A stretch of 53,677 nucleotides of DNA from Gemmatimonadales bacterium (GTDB lineage: Bacteria; Gemmatimonadota; Gemmatimonadetes; Gemmatimonadales; GWC2-71-9). The notes beneath the pieces were generated by a model. It did not search any database. It worked only from the letters and a program-made list of their open reading frames with translations, and was not told the DNA's origin. Both the position numbers and the translations under genes were made by a program. Numbering within the stretch: position 1 is the first letter of the stretch; each line of letters opens with the position of its first letter. The stretch lies in NCBI GenBank assembly GCA_013813875.1, contig JACCQZ010000098.1:1-53677 (forward strand), given 5' to 3'. Shown piece by piece: positions 43,495 to 50,669 of this stretch.

Positions 43495-45509
43495 GTCTCC
43501 GGAACGACCTCGACGGGCCGGCTGTCACGCAGCAGCACGTGAGGTCCGCTCTCCCGCGCGACCTGACCGAGCAGGCTGCGAAGCTCGGCGAGGCTGAAAG
43601 GCTTGTGGAGGTAGGGGCGGCCGAGCGACTCGAGGAAAGCGAGCGTGTCGCCGCGGACGGTGTCGCCGGTGCTGAAGACCAGCCGGGTGGCGAGAGCGGG
43701 ACGCAGGCGGGCCAGCTCTTCGTAGAATTCGCGGCCGCCCAGGCGCGGCATCCGCAGGTCGGAGATGACCAGATCGAACGATTCGCGGGTGGCCAGGGTC
43801 AGCGCTTCCTCTCCGTCTCCGGCCACGACGGGAATGTGGCCCCAGGCCTCCAAGGTGGCTCGCATGTAATGGAGGATGTGCGGCTCGTCATCCACTACCA
43901 GGACCCGCAGCCGCTTGGTGGGGACTCGGTGGTCCGCATCCGGCGGAGGAGCGGGGGTGCGGGTGGCCAGTGGCAACTGCACCGTGAAAGTCGAACCCTT
44001 GTCTTCCTCGGTGGAGAGCATGATACGGCCCCCGTGCTCCCGGACGATGCCCTGACTGATCGAAAGTCCCAAGCCGGTGCCCTCGCCCTCGGGCTTGGTG
44101 GTGAAGAAGGGCTCGAACACCTGCGCCGCGAGCGCCTCCGACATACCGGGGCCGTCGTCGCACACCTCGATGGCGACGCCGTCCATCCAGCGCCGGGCCC
44201 GCACCTCCACTGTCCCCGGACGCCCGGTGGAGGCGATAGCCTGGGCCGCGTTGTTGATGAGGTTGACGAACACCTGCTGGATCTGATTGGGATCAATGTC
44301 GGGCATCGGCAGATCGGGCTCGACCTCCACCTTGGCCTCGACCCGATGCGCCATGAGCTGATTGCGCAGCAGCAGGAAGGTGGCGTCGAGGAGCGGCTGC
44401 AGCGCGGTCGGCCGGCGCTGGTGTTCCTGTTTGCGCGCGAAGCTCAGCAGATTCTTGACGATGTTGGAGGCGCGCACCGCCTCCTCCTGAATGACCGCCA
44501 GCGGCTCGCGCAGCGCCGGCGGCACCTGGGGCACCTCGGTGAGATAGTCGGCAAAGCCGACGACCGAGGCGAGCGGATTGTTGAGGTCGTGCGCGATCCC
44601 CGCGATGAGCTGTCCGATGGCCGACATCTTTTCGGATTGGATGAGCTGGTCCTGCAGGCGGCGGCGCTCGGTCTGGTCGTCAAAGAGGAGGACGACGGTC
44701 GAGCGGTCGGTGCTGCTGATCGGCACCGCGGTCACCGCATAAGTCCGCTCGCCGGTGCGCAGCTCGGCCTCCCGGCCCACTCCTTGCTGATCCAGCGTCC
44801 GCTGCAGGTCGGTGGCCCACTCCGGCGGGACGAAGGCCTGCCAGGGCCGGCCGATGAGCCCGGCCGGGGGGGCATTGACCAGATCGGCGAAGGCCCGGTT
44901 GGCCCGCCGGATGCGGCCACCCCGGTCTACGATGCAGATGGCCGGCGAGATCGCGTCAACGACTTCCTGCCACGACCGGCGGCCATCATCGTGGAGATCC
45001 ACCAGGCGGGCGCTCTCCAGGGCGATGCTGGCCTGGGATACGAGGCCTTCGAGCAGGGCGAGATCGGCCTCGGTGTAGCGGGCTGGCTCACCGCGCACCG
45101 CCACCGCACCGGTTACTCTACCTTTGGCCAGGAACGGCGCGATGAGCCACGACCCGGCGCCGTCGAGGTGGGAGGTATTGGCGACCTCGCCGGCAAACAT
45201 GTCCAGGCCGTCGGCGAGCAATAGGGGGCCGCGCCGGCTTGCCAGCTCCAGCAGAGAGCGGCGATCGGGGTGGGAGGCGGGCCAGCCGTGCACGGTGTCG
45301 CGGGTCTCCACGTCCCGGTCGAACAGGGAGAGCGCGATTTCTTTCGGGGAGAGGGTCTCCCTGATGTGTCGGAGCAACACGTCCACCACCGACGCTCGCC
45401 GCAGGGTGCCGGCGAGCTCCTGACCGAAGGCGGTCACCCGGCGCAGGAGTGAGAGGTTGGCGCCGGAGTCGGCGTCCGGCAACAGATCCGAGGAAGGAGG
45501 TTTAGGCAT
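43491..45509 (-). CDS. hybrid sensor histidine kinase / response regulator (GAF-PAS-HisKA-HATPase-REC)
   Basis: H-box IAGIAHDLNNPL, N/G boxes (NLINNAAQA, DDGPGM, GTGLGLS), and a C-terminal receiver VLVVDDEPH...DLVISDLRMP. Confidence 0.9.
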   Translation of the reverse strand: MPKPPSSDLLPDADSGANLSLLRRVTAFGQELAGTLRRASVVDVLLRHIRETLSPKEIALSLFDRDVETRDTVHGWPASHPDRRSLLELASRRGPLLLADGLDMFAGEVANTSHLDGAGSWLIAPFLAKGRVTGAVAVRGEPARYTEADLALLEGLVSQASIALESARLVDLHDDGRRSWQEVVDAISPAICIVDRGGRIRRANRAFADLVNAPPAGLIGRPWQAFVPPEWATDLQRTLDQQGVGREAELRTGERTYAVTAVPISSTDRSTVVLLFDDQTERRRLQDQLIQSEKMSAIGQLIAGIAHDLNNPLASVVGFADYLTEVPQVPPALREPLAVIQEEAVRASNIVKNLLSFARKQEHQRRPTALQPLLDATFLLLRNQLMAHRVEAKVEVEPDLPMPDIDPNQIQQVFVNLINNAAQAIASTGRPGTVEVRARRWMDGVAIEVCDDGPGMSEALAAQVFEPFFTTKPEGEGTGLGLSISQGIVREHGGRIMLSTEEDKGSTFTVQLPLATRTPAPPPDADHRVPTKRLRVLVVDDEPHILHYMRATLEAWGHIPVVAGDGEEALTLATRESFDLVISDLRMPRLGGREFYEELARLRPALATRLVFSTGDTVRGDTLAFLESLGRPYLHKPFSLAELRSLLGQVARESGPHVLLRDSRPVEVVPET

Positions 45510-46218
45510 GATCCGGGCGAATATGCGAGGCCGCCTCAGTCGGGCGGACCTGCAACTGGTGATCCTGCTACTGAGCCGCGGCTCCGCGCACCGGCGGGCA
45601 TACCTGGAGCGGCGGCTGGCGACGGAAGGCCCGGATTCGCTGCTGGATTCGCCCGACCTGCTCGAGCGGCTGCTGACGGTCCGGACGATGTTGGTCCCGT
45701 CCGAAGCGCTCTTCTTTTACGTGGTGCTGCGTCACTCGCTGCGTGGCGCGGGCGTAGACGACCGCGATCTGGCTGACTACCTGGCGGCTCTGCTGCTCGA
45801 TTTCGGGCAGCGCGACCGGGCATGGCGCATTGATTGGAACGACGATCAGCGCCACCGCTATCTGGTGGACATCCTGGGGGATCTCGAGGCCAGCGATGGC
45901 GAACGCCGCTTCAAGGTGATGGTCCACCTGGGCAACTACGCTCTATGGCTTGCCGGTCTGTTCCCCGATTATATCGCGGCGCGCCATCTCCGCAAAGGCG
46001 GCCCCGACGTCAGCTACTACGACACGCTGGGCCGCCGGGGCTTCGGTATGGCCTCGGACCACCGGCTGGCCGAGTCGTATGGACTAGTGGCGGTCCTGCG
46101 CACCGCGGCCGAACGCTTCCCATCGGTCCGCGCCGCGCTCAACGGTGTGAGCGACCGGGTGTTTTTTCCGAACCACCGGTCCGCCGACCGCATCATCCGG
46201 GAGCTCGGCATTCAGTAA
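45508..46218 (+). CDS. hypothetical protein (helical; no family recognised)
   Basis: The ATG at 45508 is preceded by AGGAAGGAGG (7 nt spacer). 236 aa, MIRANMRGRLSRADLQLVILLL.... The 3' end overlaps the convergent amidotransferase gene by 26 nt. Confidence 0.6.
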   Translation: MIRANMRGRLSRADLQLVILLLSRGSAHRRAYLERRLATEGPDSLLDSPDLLERLLTVRTMLVPSEALFFYVVLRHSLRGAGVDDRDLADYLAALLLDFGQRDRAWRIDWNDDQRHRYLVDILGDLEASDGERRFKVMVHLGNYALWLAGLFPDYIAARHLRKGGPDVSYYDTLGRRGFGMASDHRLAESYGLVAVLRTAAERFPSVRAALNGVSDRVFFPNHRSADRIIRELGIQ

Positions 46219-46939
46219 CCGCCCGGGCGGCCTCTTCCACCAAAGCTCGAAACAGCCCCCGCTCCGGTGCCGCTCTGTCGCCGTGCATTTCCTCGGGATG
46301 CCACTGCACCGCGAGCAGCCAGGGCGCCTCGGCCGGCGTCTCTACCGCCTCGATCATCCCGTCGTCGCTCCAGGCGGTGGCGAGGAGAGGCGTAGCCAGG
46401 TCGCGAACCGCTTGATGATGAAAGGAATTCACCTGCAAGGACGCCCTGCCCACCGCAGCGGCGGCGCGGCTCTGCGGTTCCAGGCGGACCGATTGGGTAC
46501 GGGTGGAGCGCTCACAAGAGGCGTTGTGATCGAGGCCGTCCGGCCGCTCGGAGGGAAGGTCCTGATAGAGGGTGCCACCCAGCGCCACGTTGATGAGCTG
46601 GATTCCCCGACAGATACCGAGAATGGGAATCTCGCGCTGCCGGGCTCCGGCGAAGAGCGCCAACTCGAACAGGTCGCGATCCCGGCTTACCGTATGGAGA
46701 AAAGGCGAGGGAGCGGCGCCGTACCAGGCCGGGTCCAGGTCTTCGCCTCCGGTGAAAAGCAGCCCGTCAACGCCTTCCAGCGCTCGCCCGGCATACGACT
46801 GCCCGAGGAGGGGTGAAAGAACGATCGGTACCCCGCCAACCGCCAGAACCGAGCGAATGTATGCGCTGTTCACCCCGGTGCGCTCGAGTCCATCCCAAGT
46901 GCGCACCACGCCGCTTACCCCAATGCGGGGAGCGCTCAC
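46193..46939 (-). CDS. class I glutamine amidotransferase, peptidase C26 / PuuD-like gamma-glutamyl hydrolase
   Basis: LFTGGEDLDP, GICRGIQLINVALGGTLYQDL (nucleophile Cys) and WHPE motifs. The GTG start overlaps the upstream stop. Confidence 0.85.
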   Translation of the reverse strand: MSAPRIGVSGVVRTWDGLERTGVNSAYIRSVLAVGGVPIVLSPLLGQSYAGRALEGVDGLLFTGGEDLDPAWYGAAPSPFLHTVSRDRDLFELALFAGARQREIPILGICRGIQLINVALGGTLYQDLPSERPDGLDHNASCERSTRTQSVRLEPQSRAAAAVGRASLQVNSFHHQAVRDLATPLLATAWSDDGMIEAVETPAEAPWLLAVQWHPEEMHGDRAAPERGLFRALVEEAARAVTECRAPG

Positions 46940-47421
46940 GGGAGCACGGAATCGGGGAAGAAGGGGCAGTTGGGATCTTCGATCTTTCCGGGATCGAGCT
47001 GAATGCCGATGAGCGGCAGGGTTGCGGTGCCCACCGAAACGTCGCCGATGCGGGGAGCGCCCTCCACCGGGTCGCCCTCGAAGAGCATGACGCCGCGCGC
47101 TTCCTCCTGCTGATCCAGCACCAGAACTCCAAACCCGGGCCGCGCCTCGGCGGGCAATGCCCCATCCACTCCGATGACCAGAAGTGAATCGGACCGACCG
47201 ACAATAGCCGGGAGGGCTGGACCTGCCACCATTCGGGTGACCAGGCGAGCGGGCATGCGGGAGGGCGGCTCGCTGAGGGTCTGGCGGGGAACGCTGAACT
47301 GGGTGAGCAGGGCCGTCGGGCCCGCCAGCGCCGCGAGGCCGCAGGAGGTGCGGCCGGCCGGCTGCCGGTCACAGGCGGCCGCGACGATCAGGGCCGAAGC
47401 CAGAAGCACGCGAGGGATCAT
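46936..47421 (-). CDS. hypothetical lipoprotein
   Basis: The ATG at 47421 gives MIPRVLLASALIVAAAC (lipobox). An alternative GTG at 47463 would overlap the HD-gene stop. Confidence 0.55.
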   Translation of the reverse strand: MIPRVLLASALIVAAACDRQPAGRTSCGLAALAGPTALLTQFSVPRQTLSEPPSRMPARLVTRMVAGPALPAIVGRSDSLLVIGVDGALPAEARPGFGVLVLDQQEEARGVMLFEGDPVEGAPRIGDVSVGTATLPLIGIQLDPGKIEDPNCPFFPDSVLP

Positions 47422-47459
47422 GGCGGAAAGATATCCGCCGAAGGACCGGCGAGCCACGG

Positions 47460-48080
47460 TCACGCTCCGGCCGGACGCCTCAGGGCGTCCTGGAGGTTGA
47501 GTCGCGCCGGCGCTTCGTAGCGGTCACGGAAATATGAAGTGACATAGAGCGGGCGCCGATCCAGAAAGCGCTGGAGCACCTGGGCTCGGCCGGCGCGGTA
47601 CTCGGGCTCGGGAACCCGGGCATACTCGGCCCGGATGCGGCGCTCGAACTCGGCGAACTGCGCCGGAGCACGGCCCAGGATGGAGAGGTCCACGTCGCAG
47701 AGGAGCCGGCCCCTGGAATCGGCGGGGGGATCGAGATGGCGGGTGAGCAGGATGAGGCGGCCGACCTCCGCCACAAACTCGGATGAGACACCGGCGTCCG
47801 CCAGCATGCGCCCTGCGGCGGCAGCGCTCCGAGCTTCGTTGTCCGGAGCACCCGGGTGGTACACCAGGTCGTGGAACCAGATGGCGGTCTCCACCAGGTC
47901 TCGCTCCCGATCGTGGGACGGCGCGGCGTCGAGCTGCTGGAGGCAGTCGCGTATGTGCTCCGCGGTGTGGTAGGCGCGATGGGGTTCGCCGTAGGCGGCG
48001 GAAAGTTGCGCAAACGTCTCGGCGCTCTGTCGGGTGGCGCCGAGCCGGCTCCATAGCTGCAGGAAGCGCCGCTGGTTCAT
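47460..48080 (-). CDS. HD-domain metal-dependent phosphohydrolase (COG4339-like)
   Basis: The ATG at 48080 gives MNQRRFLQLWSRLGA.... YHTAEHIRDCL and WFHDLVY (H...HD) motifs. The upstream 19 codons of the ORF are translated from repeat D1. Confidence 0.75.
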   Translation of the reverse strand: MNQRRFLQLWSRLGATRQSAETFAQLSAAYGEPHRAYHTAEHIRDCLQQLDAAPSHDRERDLVETAIWFHDLVYHPGAPDNEARSAAAAGRMLADAGVSSEFVAEVGRLILLTRHLDPPADSRGRLLCDVDLSILGRAPAQFAEFERRIRAEYARVPEPEYRAGRAQVLQRFLDRRPLYVTSYFRDRYEAPARLNLQDALRRPAGA

Positions 48081-48082
48081 TC

Positions 48083-48130
48083 GGTCTCCTTCGTGTCCTT
48101 CGCGCTCTTCGTGTCCTTCCCCCTGCTGTT
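48083..48130 (-). repeat. family D repeat, copy D1
   Basis: The minus strand CAGCAGGGGGAAGGACACGAAGAGCGCGAAGGACACGAAGGAG is similar to the minus strand of 52254-52297. Confidence 0.6.
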
Positions 48131-48164
48131 TGAACACCGGAGGGCCAAGGTTCGACCGGTGTTG

Positions 48165-48641
48165 TCAACTATTCAGTCGTCCCCATGCCTCGTCCTCCCG
48201 CAGCCGGAGCGCGGCATCCGCGCGGGCTCCCGCTGAAGGATTGTGGGCCAGCCCCGAGCGGCGGAACAAGGTGCGGCCCTGCCGGAATAGATCGGACACG
48301 ACGTGGCCGGCGGGAAGCGAGGCGGTGCGGGGCAGGAGGAAGAAGTGTACGTGGCGCAGGCGCTCGCCGTAGGACGCGGTATAAACCCGCTCCGGGCGCA
48401 CCACCCGCTCGATCGCCGTGACCGCGGCGCGGAGAATGGGGCCGAGGGCGGCGGCCTCCGTGGCCGTCAGCTCGGCGAGAGACTCGCAGTGGCGCCGCAC
48501 TTTCACGATGAGCTCGCCAGGTTCGGTCTGGGGGCCGGTATGATGGCTTACGTGCCAGAGGCCGTCGTCGAAGATGGTACCACCAGGGGCGGTGATGCGG
48601 CCGGCCACCTCCGCGCAGAGAGTGCAGTCTGAAATCGGCAT
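48165..48641 (-). CDS. HIT-family-like hydrolase (variant histidine triad)
   Basis: The ATG at 48641 gives MPISDCTLCAEV.... C-x-x-C at the N-terminus and RHVHFFLLPR, i.e. H-x-H-x-F instead of H-x-H-x-H. Confidence 0.6.
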   Translation of the reverse strand: MPISDCTLCAEVAGRITAPGGTIFDDGLWHVSHHTGPQTEPGELIVKVRRHCESLAELTATEAAALGPILRAAVTAIERVVRPERVYTASYGERLRHVHFFLLPRTASLPAGHVVSDLFRQGRTLFRRSGLAHNPSAGARADAALRLREDEAWGRLNS

Positions 48642-48705
48642 GATGGCCTGCCTCGTCGTGAGTGCCCATAGCCTAGCGTGGCTGGAGAGGAGAGGGAAGC
48701 TCCTG

Positions 48706-48733
48706 CAACTTCTCACCACCAACTTCTCACCAC
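48706..48733 (+). repeat. tandem direct repeat, 14 bp x2
   Basis: CAACTTCTCACCAC CAACTTCTCACCAC, running directly into repeat E2. Confidence 0.9.
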
Positions 48734-48764
48734 AGAGGCTACAGAGGACACGAGGGACAGAGAC
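48728..48764 (+). repeat. family E short repeat, copy E2
   Basis: CACCACAGAGGCTACAGAGGACACGAGGGACAGAGAC. The first 24 nt match the reverse complement of 11396-11419 apart from two 1-nt indels. Confidence 0.6.
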
Positions 48765-48783
48765 AAATGCTGTTCTGCATCGC

Positions 48784-48812
48784 TTGACGCTTTCCCATGG
48801 GCGCCCTACCAT
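48784..48812 (+). promoter_or_regulatory. possible sigma70-type promoter for the 48913 gene
   Basis: TTGACG (48784-48789), 17 nt spacer, TACCAT (48807-48812), 100 nt upstream of the ATG. Confidence 0.3.
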
Positions 48813-48912
48813 TCGAATTCCCATGAACTTCGACCGCCATCCGGCGGCAGGCCCGAGCTTCCCGCGACCGGGTTAATCCAGAGGCGTCATTCATGAGAGG
48901 GGTTCGCCCGCC

Positions 48913-49449
48913 ATGCTCGAGGGCCTGAAGGCTCGGCTGGAGCGACTCCTCCGTGAGCACGGCCGCTCCGACCCCCGAGCGTACGCCGCCGAACTGCGGG
49001 AGGCGTTGCTCGAGGCCAAGATCGGCGTCAGCACCGTGCGGGACGCGCTCGGCGCCACGGAGCGGGAGCTCGCCTCGGAGCGAAAGCAGATGGGGGACGC
49101 GGAGCGCCGGGGCCGCCTGGCGGCGGCAGTTCCGGATTCGGAGACGGTGGCGCTCGCCGAGCGCTTCGCAGCCCGACACCGCGAGCGCGTCATGGTGCTG
49201 GAGCGCAAGCTGGAGGTACAGCGTGAGGAGCTGGCGCTGGCGGAACGCGAGGTCGCCGAGATGGCGGGTCTCTACCGCGCCGCGGTGGGGGGCTCTCCGT
49301 CGGAATCGGTAGACGCGGCCTGGCGCGATCTCCAGTCCGCGGGCGGCGCCCGCTCCACCGCGGACGACGCCGACCTCGACCGGCGCCAGCGGGATGAAGC
49401 GGTGGAGGCACAGCTGGCCTATCTCAAACGAAAGCTCGGGAAACAGTGA
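48913..49449 (+). CDS. hypothetical coiled-coil protein
   Basis: 178 aa, rich in Glu/Arg/Leu/Ala with a heptad-like pattern. Any PspA/IM30-like resemblance is only superficial. Confidence 0.5.
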   Translation: MLEGLKARLERLLREHGRSDPRAYAAELREALLEAKIGVSTVRDALGATERELASERKQMGDAERRGRLAAAVPDSETVALAERFAARHRERVMVLERKLEVQREELALAEREVAEMAGLYRAAVGGSPSESVDAAWRDLQSAGGARSTADDADLDRRQRDEAVEAQLAYLKRKLGKQ

Positions 49450-49472
49450 CTCAAGCCGGAGGTGAGCATCCG

Positions 49473-50513
49473 ATGCGCCGCGCCGGGCGCAAGGCCCGGT
49501 GTATCGGCCTGTTGCTGGTACTTCCCATCGCTACACTCGCCGCGCAGAGCCCGACCGTCGCCCCGCCTCACTTCTCCAAGCTCGTCCACACCTACAGCAT
49601 CGTAGCCTTCGATTCCGCGACGGGCGACCTTGGCGTGGCCGTCCAGTCGAAGTTCCCCAACGTCGGCGGCATCGTGCCCTGGGCACGGGCCGGTGTCGGC
49701 GCGGTGGCAACCCAGAGCCTGGGCAACACCGCGTATGGAGAACGGGGCCTCGATCTGATCGCCGAGGGAGCGTCGGCGGAGAAGGCGCTCCGCACCGTCA
49801 TGCGGACCGACACGATGCTGCAGGACCGGCAGGTGGGCGTGGTGGACGTCCGTGGCAACGCGGCGAGCTTTACCGGAAAGACCACCTTCGATTGGGCGGG
49901 AGGCCGAGTCGGAGCAGCCACCGGCCAGGGCAGCGTCTCCGGCGGGAAGGGGGACGTCATCGTGGGCCGGGGCTATAGCGCCCAGGCGAATATCATGGTC
50001 TCGGACCGGACCGTGAAGAACCTCGCGGAAACTTTCGAGCGTTCCAAGGGCAACCTCGCCGACCGGCTGATGGCGGCGCTCAAGGCGGGGCAGGCGGGCG
50101 GAGGAGACAAGCGCGGGGTGCAATCGGCGGCACTGCTGGTGGTGCGCAAGAACGGCGGCTACCTGGGCGCCAACGACCGCTTCGTTGACATCCGGGTGTA
50201 CGACGCGGTGGATCCGATCGCCGAGCTGGAGCGGCTGCTCGCCCTGCACAAGCTGCACTTCTTTCCCAGCGAGCCTCGCGACCTGCTGCCGATCACACCG
50301 GCCCTCGTGGCCCAACTGGAGCCCATCCTCCTGTCCGAGCCGGCCGGGCAACCGGAGAAGTGGCTCACGCGCAAGCAGGGCTCGGCCACCCCGGTGTTTC
50401 TCGAGGCGCTCAGGAACTTCATGTATTGGGAGAACTACGACGTGCGGGTTCGGATGGACGGCAGGATTGACCGGGTGGTGCTGGAGGATGTTCTGAAGAA
50501 GCGCAAGCCATGA
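49473..50513 (+). CDS. DUF1028 family (Ntn-hydrolase fold) protein with C-terminal extra domain
   Basis: The ATG at 49473 is preceded by GGAGG. Signal peptide, then TYSIVAFDSATGDLGVAVQSKF..VG..VPWARAGVGAVATQS, typical of DUF1028. Confidence 0.8.
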   Translation: MRRAGRKARCIGLLLVLPIATLAAQSPTVAPPHFSKLVHTYSIVAFDSATGDLGVAVQSKFPNVGGIVPWARAGVGAVATQSLGNTAYGERGLDLIAEGASAEKALRTVMRTDTMLQDRQVGVVDVRGNAASFTGKTTFDWAGGRVGAATGQGSVSGGKGDVIVGRGYSAQANIMVSDRTVKNLAETFERSKGNLADRLMAALKAGQAGGGDKRGVQSAALLVVRKNGGYLGANDRFVDIRVYDAVDPIAELERLLALHKLHFFPSEPRDLLPITPALVAQLEPILLSEPAGQPEKWLTRKQGSATPVFLEALRNFMYWENYDVRVRMDGRIDRVVLEDVLKKRKP

Positions 50514-50553
50514 GAGGATGTGTGCTGAGTTGGAGGTTCGTCGGCCAGCGCTT

Positions 50554-50618
50554 GTCACCCTGAGCGGAGCGAAGGGGGCGGAACGCGGCTTCGGCCCCTT
50601 CGCTCCGCTCAGGGTGAC
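50554..50618. repeat. family A palindromic repeat, copy A7
   Basis: GTCACCCTGAGCGGAGCGAAGGGGGC-loop-GGCCCCTTCGCTCCGCTCAGGGTGAC, with near-perfect arms. Confidence 0.9.
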
Positions 50619-50669
50619 AACCACCAACTAAAGAAACCTCCAACCGGTACCAACGAAGGAGCACATTCT

